DNA from: Oopsacas minuta
Lineage: Eukaryota; Animalia; Porifera
Length of the DNA stretch: 64,000 nucleotides
Reading direction: 5' to 3'
Assembly: GCA_024704765.1 (NCBI GenBank)
Contig: JAKMXF010000044.1
Coordinates: 248,001 to 312,000 of the forward strand
This document shows, piece after piece, positions 55,501 to 64,000 of this stretch (positions within the stretch are counted from its first letter, which is position 1; the number at the start of each line of letters is the position of its first letter). A program made the position numbers and the translations under genes. Below the pieces are notes generated by a model, which saw only the letters and a program-made list of their open reading frames with translations, did no database searches and had not been told where the DNA came from.

Positions 55501-56783
55501 AGGGAGAAAGATTTCACCAAGACATCTCTGTGATGAAATCGTTGTATAGAGGTCGATTTAACCCAAACATGAAGGGGGACTACTGCTGGTTTCTCCAGCG
55601 TGAAACTGACACTGAACATGCTCGAAAGAGCAAGTGTATAAAGCACTTTTGAGAGGATACAATGTTATTTTTGTCTGGTTTAATCATCCTGGGTTGTGTT
55701 AAATTGTGCAAAATGATAATTCTGTTACTTTCACTAGCAATCACTGTGTTTATTACATGTAATGTTTTGTTCTGCACAGCCAAAATTAGCCAAAATGACA
55801 ATTACGGGTTGTTGTGTGCATATGTCATATCTCAAAAACGTGACGTGTGAGAAAAAATCTAAGGCCAGATTTGGATTCAGCATGGCCATATTAGTCTAGG
55901 TAAACTTGAAACGAGCAAGGAATAAAAAATAAGTTGTAAAATGTTGTCCAGTGATATCTATGATTATGGACAAAATAGTCGCCAATTAAATCAGAAACAA
56001 CCTCATTAGTAATAAATTATATCCATAATCTCAATCAGCATATCGTATTTGTAGTAGCACAGAAATGGTTCTGATCACAATAACTAATGGCATAAATCTT
56101 GCATTGGACAGGGTGAGGAGGTAATATTGTTAATGCTAGAATTATAGGTGGCGTTGATACAGTTGAACACTGGACTTTATTGACCAGGCTGTTTCTGACT
56201 TTGGGTTTCGGGATAATGTTTTAACTTGGATCTCATCTAATCTCTCTGGTCGTAAAAGCCAAGTTAAAATTTCTGGAATTTTGTCTCCTGCCTATACCAT
56301 GGACTGGGATGTTCCACAAGTGTCGATTCATGGACCATTACTCTATTCCCAATATATAGCACCTTCGGGGAAGTGAACCTTGGCTCATAATCAAAACAAA
56401 ATTTCCTATGCAGATAATACACAACTATATATTGTTTATAATGCATTGGAAAACCCCTCAGCGATTCACGTGTTGAGCATTGTCTAATGACATCAGGATT
56501 AGGGATTCTCGTAATATGCTTAAATGTCATTCTTCGAAAACGAATCTTCATTATAAATCCAAGTTACAAGCCGTAATTGTAATACCTCACCTGAAATAAT
56601 ATTGTTTCATGGCGACCAGCTCGGCCCGAAATCCTTGGTTAATAACCTGGAAGTAATTCTTACCACATATTGGTCTATGGAGTCCCAGGTCAGTAGGATC
56701 TGTAAATCTGTGATATGTATAATCAGGGCCATAGGGAAGATCAGACGTTATCTAGACCTATCTTCAATAAAAAGGCTAGTCAA
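52600..56783 (+). pseudogene. L2/CR1-clade LINE ORF2 remnant, interrupted by Chapaev3
   Basis: KSPSKSCDLDPIPTILLK, NYRPIANL | ISMIMDKIVAN..QSAYR..STE, DVPQVSIHGPLL, ISYADNTQLY (YADD), SMESQVSRICKS..IGKIRRYLD. Confidence 0.85.
53517..55953 (+). mobile_element. Chapaev3 (CMC) transposon, near intact
   Basis: TIRs CACTGG(G/A)CAACA with 3-bp TSD ATA/ATA. Transposase 53968-55652 (FCYICG..WAPH.CC..C, WREP..H..DCYFC, LFIDSS, PLHIKLG, SDEQGERFHQ) is broken by one frameshift at ~54938. Confidence 0.93.
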
Positions 56784-57394
56784 TAGGGCCGCCGCCAGGA
56801 TTTTTCACCATGGGGGGCACGAAAGTTTCCAAGCGGCAGGACGATGGCAAAGGTGTTCTACGGGTTTAGCAGGAGCATACCCAGTGGTGGATCAACAAAT
56901 TTTTAGTTGGTTAATACCATCCAACTGGGCAGTTGAGTCATGTGGCTTCGATATATGAGGGCACACATTCAATCTGGTTGTCATCAAGTTCTAGAATCTA
57001 GATGTTTCCTACCAGATTGAATTTGTGCACCCCAGATTTCAAAGCCTATGGGCGCTGTAAACAAACAGTAATGTCCAAGAGCCAAACAATTGAAAGAAGT
57101 AACGTATGGCCTGCAATTGCCGCATAAAGTTGTATTTCTGGTCGAGTAATGATGTGTAGCTCGGAGAATATATGGGGGTCCCAGTTATATATGCACGACG
57201 CTAGTACAGCTGGGGTTTGGGGTGCTGTAGGTCTTCCAGTCATGACGGGGTGTTGCCCTTGGACAATAAGCTATAATAACTACTACATTAATTACCTTTG
57301 TGCTGTCACGTGGGTTTGAATCTTGAAACAATTTCTCAGGTATATTTTTGGGATAAAAAGTGAAATCTGTAAACAAACAACGAGTTATCAATAA

Positions 57395-60300
57395 CACTGC
57401 TCAACAAAAATTTTGTTGCATTTCTACCAACACTTGTTTTTACCTAATTTTGGGGGCTGAATCCGAATCCGACCTTAGTTCTTTCCGCAAGCTCTAGATT
57501 TTTAATTTATTGCACAAAATTCAAATTTTTTGAAAAAGTGACATGATTTGTCAAATGATGTTCTGCTTACAGTAGAATAACTAGCCTCAAAACAAAATAG
57601 GTGCGAAAAAACTTTTATGTTGTCAATAGAAATTGTATTTGTAGACAGATAGGCAACAAATGCTTAAAAAATGTAAAAACAACAGTTTTGCTGATAATAT
57701 GCATGTAAAAATTGATTTTTTCTTTTTGCAAAATAGCTAGAAAAGAACGATGGCTATCTACAATAGTAACTTAAAGCGATTAATGACAAGATGCAAAAGA
57801 TTCAAAAATTCTACAACTCTGGACAAAATTTCCTCTTATAACTTCTGCGTTTGTACGCTTTGTGAGGACAGTCACGTTTAATGCCCCAACAATAGTCTGC
57901 CATCACATGTCGATCCCATCGACCTTGGTAGCGTTCTTCCACTGTCATAAGATCCTGGTAGAAATGTTCTCCCTGTTCGTCACTGACAGCGCCAAGGTTT
58001 TCAGGGGATTTGTCCAGGTGGCTGCGCAGAAAATGTACTTTTATGCTCATATTGCATCCTAAATCACGAAACCCTGAGAGCATCTTGGATACAAGCATTT
58101 CATAGTTTGGAGCCTTACTGTTGCCAAGAAAGTTCTGTATAACATCCACAAAAGATAGCCATGCAGTTTTCTCCTTGACATTCATTTTCTGAATGAAGTC
58201 TTGGCACGAATAAGTGTACGTATCTGTGGTCCATCAAACACTCCTGCTTTGATTTTATCATGTGACAAAGCAGGGCAAGTATACACAAGATGATGAAAGG
58301 ATTCATTGTCAGGATTTAGGGCTTTAACGAACTGTTTCATGAGACCTATCTTGATGTGCAGGGGCGGAAAAAAAACTTTGTCTCTGCTTACGATCGGGTC
58401 GTGTGTTACGTTAGGCATGCCAGCTTGAAATGTTTCACATAAGGGCCACTCCTTCTGTGTTCAAAGTTTTTCACGTGCTCTGCTGTCCCACATGCACAGT
58501 TAACATGGAAATTTAGTGTATCCTTTTTGCTGACCTAGCAGATAACTAACCATTTTGAGGTCAACACAAATGATCCAGTTGTGATCATGATATCCGAGTA
58601 AATCCAGAACAATTCTAATGTCATCATGCTGTTCCTTCAAGATATTGGAGTGACCAACTGGAACAGCTCCATAAATATTTCCATTGTGTAAAAGAACACA
58701 CTTGAGGCCGCGCTTGGAACTGTCCAAAAACAATTGTCATTCTCCTGGATCATATGAGGAGATACCCAGTTGTCCGAGAAGACCAGGAATATCGTTGCAA
58801 TATACCAGCTTATTTACACTGAAAAATAGAGTAGGAGTTCTTCTCTTTTTCGAAAAAGGAAACCTTTACAGATCGATCCAGCACCTGTTTTTCTTTGAGC
58901 CTGGGGGCTAAGAGCTCAGCTGCTTGCTTGTGCAGATCTAAATCACGTACTAAGTCATTCAGTTCTGATTGATTAAACTGCTGGACAGTTACTCTGGTTT
59001 CACAAGAAGAATCTTCAGATTCTGGTTCTGTGTCTGATTTTGATATTCCATTTCTACGATCTCTTCCCTTTCCGATTTAGTTTCTTAATCATCAGGAAAA
59101 GCAAAACCACTAAAGACCGGAGGAGGAAGTCTATCAGAGTGCGGGACAGGTCGCATAGCTGATGGCATACTAGGATAAGTAAGCGTTTGTTGGCTCTTCT
59201 TGCCAACACCTTTTGTATTGACCATGCAAAAGTAGTAGTCAGTCGTGTGGTCTTGGGTTCACGCTACACCATTGGAATAGCAAAAGGCAGACCCTTCCGC
59301 TTTCCTTTTGTCCAGTCTCGGAGCATTTCTTCGCAGTTATGGCAAACAATATGAGGAGACCATTTCTTATCTTGATCACCAAAAGGGATACCAAAGTATG
59401 CTATGTAGGCACATTTCACAAACGATGTTATATTTCGTCTTTGACGCGAAAGCGTATACACATCACAGATGGAACAAAATGAATCAGGGTTATTTTTGCA
59501 TTTATGTCTACTAGAAGAAGCCATGATCAAATCTGAAGAGTTAAGAATCGAAAGAAAGTCTGTTGATGTCTATGTAACTTAACACAAACAAACTGAATAA
59601 CAAAACCTTGGTACTAATTAAGGCTACCACCAGACGAGCGGAAAAATACAGCTTAAATGCCTATTCTGCTGCATCTATCCACAATACTTCAGTACAATCA
59701 AGCAGGGTTGTTTGATTTAAATCACTTCAAAAAATCAACATGATGATTTTTGATTTATAAAATTTTGACACTTCGCAATAGTGTCATGTTTTCAGAAAAC
59801 AATAGAATGGTGCTTTTGTTTCAATAGAATGGTGCTTTTGTTTCAATAGATTGAAGCCATTATTAAATGATAGTAACGGCTACAATCTATTGAAGTCATT
59901 GCTATGATGTAGTTAGCAGTTTGTATGTTTCATTAAATCCAGCATTCAAATAATATTAAAAGTGTCTAAAATAAAATTCTGATTTGAATCAAAAAATCAA
60001 AAAATTTGATTTAAATCAAAAAGATCGTGATTTTTTCCAACCCTGCAATCAAGTTTTCTAACTTTGTAATATTTCTTGCATCTCGTGGAGTGACTAACTG
60101 CGAATGTATAACGAAATGGCCAACAGGCGTTAACGCAGGTGGACAATAAAACAGGAATGCAGTATGGTGATAAAATTTGATAACGTGGGGCTTTCAACAG
60201 GAAATTTCGAGCTGATAAACACAACTCATTGCGAACTTCTTGAAATGCGCTTTAACAGCAATCGGCTACAACTTGAAAGCTTCTATCTGAGACACTGGTA

Positions 60301-60663
60301 CCATGTTATAGACAAAGCACAAACAAATAGCCTTAACTTTAAAAACCTGTTGAGTAATCAGGCCTGCAAAATACTCATTTACCACATGCTCATCATTTAG
60401 CTATGACTAATAAATGTTCACTATGGATCCAGATGATGCATACAAAAAGAAAAATGGCTTGATAGATAAAAAGTATTTGGTGGAGATCAGATTTATGTAC
60501 TAAATAAGTACCACAAACGAAAACATTTAAAATGTCGATTGCATGAAAACTAGAGCATGCAGAAAGAAACTGATTGCAGATTTGTAATCAACATCACAAA
60601 ATTATATAGAAACAGTTGAAAAATCTCATGCCATAAAAAATGAAAAAAATTTGTTGAGCAGTG
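57395..60663 (-). mobile_element. Second, more decayed Chapaev3 transposon (different family)
   Basis: TIR CACTGCTCAACAAA at both ends; flanks TAA/AAA. ORFs 59264-59530, 58500-58733, 58182-58418 and 57811-58185 carry Chapaev3 motifs (WSPHIVCHNC, FLDSSK, PPLHIKIG, SDEQGE). Confidence 0.88.
59703..60045 (-). mobile_element. hAT MITE nested in the Chapaev3 5' region
   Basis: CAGGGTTG / CAACCCTG with a perfect TSD CAATCAAG. Contains a 22-bp tandem duplication at ~59800-59850. Confidence 0.92.
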
Positions 60664-60999
60664 AAATTATTATATCAATGGAGGAATCGACAGGAAAAAT
60701 CGTATGGTAATCCTTCTCATTGTAACTTGTATGGTCAATTCTATTTTTACTGTGCCGACTATAATGGCCCACTATTGAAATGGGTGCATATATTTGTTTA
60801 ACAACTGAAGGGACGCCAGCCCAGTACGCCAAAACGACATGGGGAAAAAACTGCACTCGCTCAGGGTATAAACACTCAAAAATATAACCTAGTTCGGTAG
60901 TTCAGTAGATCAATACAAGTTGTATCCCATATTTATGGGTTAGATTAAATAATATTGAGAGTAAGATGGGAGCGAAGCGAGGCAAAGTTTTCAGTTTGC

Positions 61000-62070
61000 A
61001 ATATGATTATGGCTCTTTATAATAAATAGATATATTAGTATTTATTAAATGCATCTTCAAATTTGTTAGTACATTCTTCATCTCCAGTTTTTCGGAGTGA
61101 CTCAATTCAGAATTAATATCAAATTCTTCTTGATTTTCATCACGCATACATAATACTTGATTCACCACTTCCACCATTATCAATGAGACTCCGCCTCTTA
61201 CGCATGTAACTATTCCATCCAAAGATAATCCAAACTAAGGCTCGTTTATTCCAATGTATCTCATAACAGTCATACGCATAAAGAAATTCTCTCCCAAGAC
61301 TACTGTTGGCTCGGAACTCAGAACTGTAAATGTGAGCTGTTTTTCTTGAGCATCCCCTAAATCTATTCCTAGCACGACATATCCAATGTCCCATTGTTGG
61401 AGCACAAACTCCTTACTGTCCGGGTTTGTAGGTACAGCTAAGTACAAGCTCCTCCATACTCTTTTCTCCAATCACTGATGATAGGGATCCAGTAACAATC
61501 ATAACTCTGATAGGTTTCCTGTTTACCTTTCTGTAACAACGACTTCTTCACTACTACACTCAACGGGAAGATTCACAACATTTACTAGCTCATCTTTACT
61601 ATTATAACAGTCTCTACGATTATGACCCTTAATGTCACATCTTCACAATAGCGAACAAAGTGCCAAGTCCATCACAATTAAGCCATTTCCAGCCTCGGTG
61701 AGTGCCAGATGATTTAAGCCCTTCACAACCTCACTGACATATACGATTAGTATTAATCACATTCATATCTTTGCCTTGCCTACTCATAGATATCAACCCC
61801 AGTCTACCATCTTGGAGTGGATCTGATTCCATAACGATTCCAAATGCTTCTTTCAGGCGTATATCGCTTGTCAATAGGATCTGAGCGAAAAATTTAACTC
61901 CTGCAGGCCTGGGACAAAGATAAGCGGGAAATAAACTAATAGACAATTTCTCCATCATGAGCGTCACTGCAGTCTTGAATATAAATTCCCAATCTGATTC
62001 GTGTTGTCCCAAACATATAGGTTCAAACGACAAGTTTCGAAATGGTTTGGTCATAGTTACATCGTTTGTC
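61000..62070 (-). pseudogene. Gypsy gag-protease remnant
   Basis: Zinc knuckle remnant *RCDIKGHNRRDC, protease-like VNRKPIRVMIVTGSLSSVIGE and SLGREFL, then linker DINSELSHSEKLEMKNVL. Confidence 0.6.
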
Positions 62071-63289
62071 AATTAATGTTACGAATTAACTCCAAGAGTT
62101 AAATTTGTAAATGCAAAGAATTTCAAATGATAATAAATGTTAGAAACGAATTAAATTGACATTTTGTGATTATCTAAAATTTATCCACACACGCACAGGC
62201 TTTGTGGCCCACCGGTAGCGTAGCCAGCCTCGGCAGTCTACTGGCACAGGATGGTACATGAGTAGGGTATACTGGAACGCTGTTTCTAGCCAGATGACGC
62301 GAGATTGGGCTATGTGGTTCAGGGACGTAGCCACGAATCTTCTCCGGGAGATGATTTGTATGTGCCGCTAACACATATATATCCCCAATCAAATTCTTCT
62401 GATGCCCAAAACCACAGTATAATTACAAGGTGATGGATTAAGAGTCAATAAACATTTATCTGCAATTCACTGGCTTCTAAATTATATTTCGCATTACTCA
62501 ACCTTACAACATATCCTCTAGTATATGTTATAAGACTAATAGCAAAGAAGGATAGATCTATTTCACAGCCTTGACTACTTCCTATATGCAATACAAAAGC
62601 TTTTGGATATGGCAATATAATTCTTTGGAGGCATATCCACTTGATTCTGTGCATCTTTTATTGTATCTAGGAAAGGTTTTACTGAATGTAAGGTAGCTAT
62701 GTAGTATATAATTTTGATAAATAGATTAACTTCCTCGCAGCATTTGTTGCAGGTATCTGACACTACAAAATCCACTTATAATAGCGACTACAAAGTGGAA
62801 ATTCGTCCAATCATAATTGGAACTCCATCATATGATTGTAAGCAGCGGAGTACCGTGTGGGGGGCGGTAGAGAGGAACATTACCTCTTACAGGCAGAAAA
62901 TTCATTCAATAGTATCTATATAAAGTTATTGTAATTTTGGTGTTATGTAGTAACTTCAATTCTGAATTGCTTTACATTATCTTGTTAAATTCTCTGTATA
63001 TAATTAACAGTTCTAAATACGTATAATAACATTGAAGCATGTAACAGAATGAGGTCATGACTGAAACAGTATAAATGAAAAATATGCCTATCATGACCAG
63101 ATAGTTGAATTCTTGCGAAACCATACTCAACCATATGTATTTTGACAAGTAACACACCAATACAACTAATCTACTCGTTATATTTGCACAACTTAAAGTT
63201 TTCATTTTGTATTCTTTGTTTTTGTCGAATTTTCAATGCATTTTAAACTCCAAATTTCCATTGAAAATCGAGCCAACCTGATACTACTT

Positions 63290-64000
63290 CAGAAAGTGGC
63301 CATACTAAGAGGGAGGTAGCTAAAATGGTTGGATGTAGCCAAAAAAGTGTAACCAAGATCCTCAAGAAACACAGGCTGACTGGCACGGTAAGAAACCTCG
63401 CTATTCCGGGTAGGTCTCGTGTCACAACCAAAAGGCAAGACATTTTATTGGTCAGAAAATGCAAAAAGGATCGATTTAAGACTGCTACTCAGATCAGAGC
63501 TGAAGTGTTATCAGAATATTCGATAAAACCTTCCACTTCAACAGTTCAGAGAAGATTGCGAGGGTCCGGACTGTTCGGACGAAAGCCGCGAAGGAAGTCC
63601 CGCCTTACTACCAAGCACAAAAGAGACCGACTTTCCTTCGCAAGATCGCACAAGAATTGGAATACTGAAGATGGGCAAGAGTTGTGTTCACTGACGAATC
63701 TAGGTTCCTTCTGTATACTAATGACGGGGGAGCCTACGTCAGGAGGATGAAAGGGGAGGAGTTCTCAGAGAGGTTTCTTCAAAAAACTTGCAAGTTTGGT
63801 GGAGGTGGCATCATGGTTTGGGGATGCTTAAGCTGGAGTGGCGTAGGACTCTTGTGGAAAGTATCTGGGAACCTCAAGACAAATTCCTACATTGATATAT
63901 TGGAAAATGTACTAATCCCAAGCGTTGATTTGCATTCTCTACATTCTGGATGGACCTTCCAGCAAGACAACGCCCCATATCATAGGTCAAAGGGTACTAA
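63290..64000 (+). pseudogene. Tc1-like transposase, frameshifted, runs off window end
   Basis: ORF 63325-63750 (PGRSRVTTKRQD, SGLFGRKPRRK), then FTDES, GGIMVWGC and WTFQQDNAPYH. Left TIR not identified. Confidence 0.88.

Noticed and set aside
56264-56551. Minus-strand 95-aa ORF as a separate insertion
   Set aside because: It is the antisense of the L2 RT region (plus strand gives VPQVSIHGPLL and YADNTQLY).
56784-57057. MITE starting TAGGGCCGCCGCC
   Set aside because: The right TIR and TSD could not be matched, so it is not listed as a bounded feature.
61235-61471. ORF resembling RNase H (SKEFVLQ)
   Set aside because: Other frames show a zinc knuckle and protease, which fit gag-pro order better.
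62157-62375. Possible LTR (minus TGTTAG...TGTCA) next to the gypsy remnant
   Set aside because: No second LTR and no primer-binding site seen; the boundaries are unsupported.

Overview
AT-rich eukaryotic (probably invertebrate metazoan; inference) DNA that is almost entirely a nested transposon graveyard. It holds Tc1/mariner elements of several catalytic classes (DD37E-like, DD34D, DD37D, DD41D), hAT elements (ZMYM/TTF-type, Buster-type, many MITEs with 8-bp TSDs), MULE and Mutator-like remnants, two Chapaev3 elements, an L2-type LINE and gypsy remnants. The only recognisable host-type coding sequence is one hnRNP F/H-family qRRM exon (48731-49091, minus). Three things stand out. (1) Two copies of a ~3.09-kb RAG1-like/Transib transposon (28607-31699, 43267-46357) whose ends begin with the RSS heptamer CACAGTG, with 5-bp TSDs and asymmetric bipartite TIRs. 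(2) Both this pair and a hAT pair (7797-12786, 16481-19461) are inverted, appear independently inserted, have more diverged termini but near-identical interiors sharing the same inactivating lesions. This suggests arm-to-arm homogenisation, or an assembly artefact. (3) A 2-kb TGT...ACA foldback with ~817-bp arms nested in the first hAT copy. All alignments and motif calls were made by eye; no searches were run.
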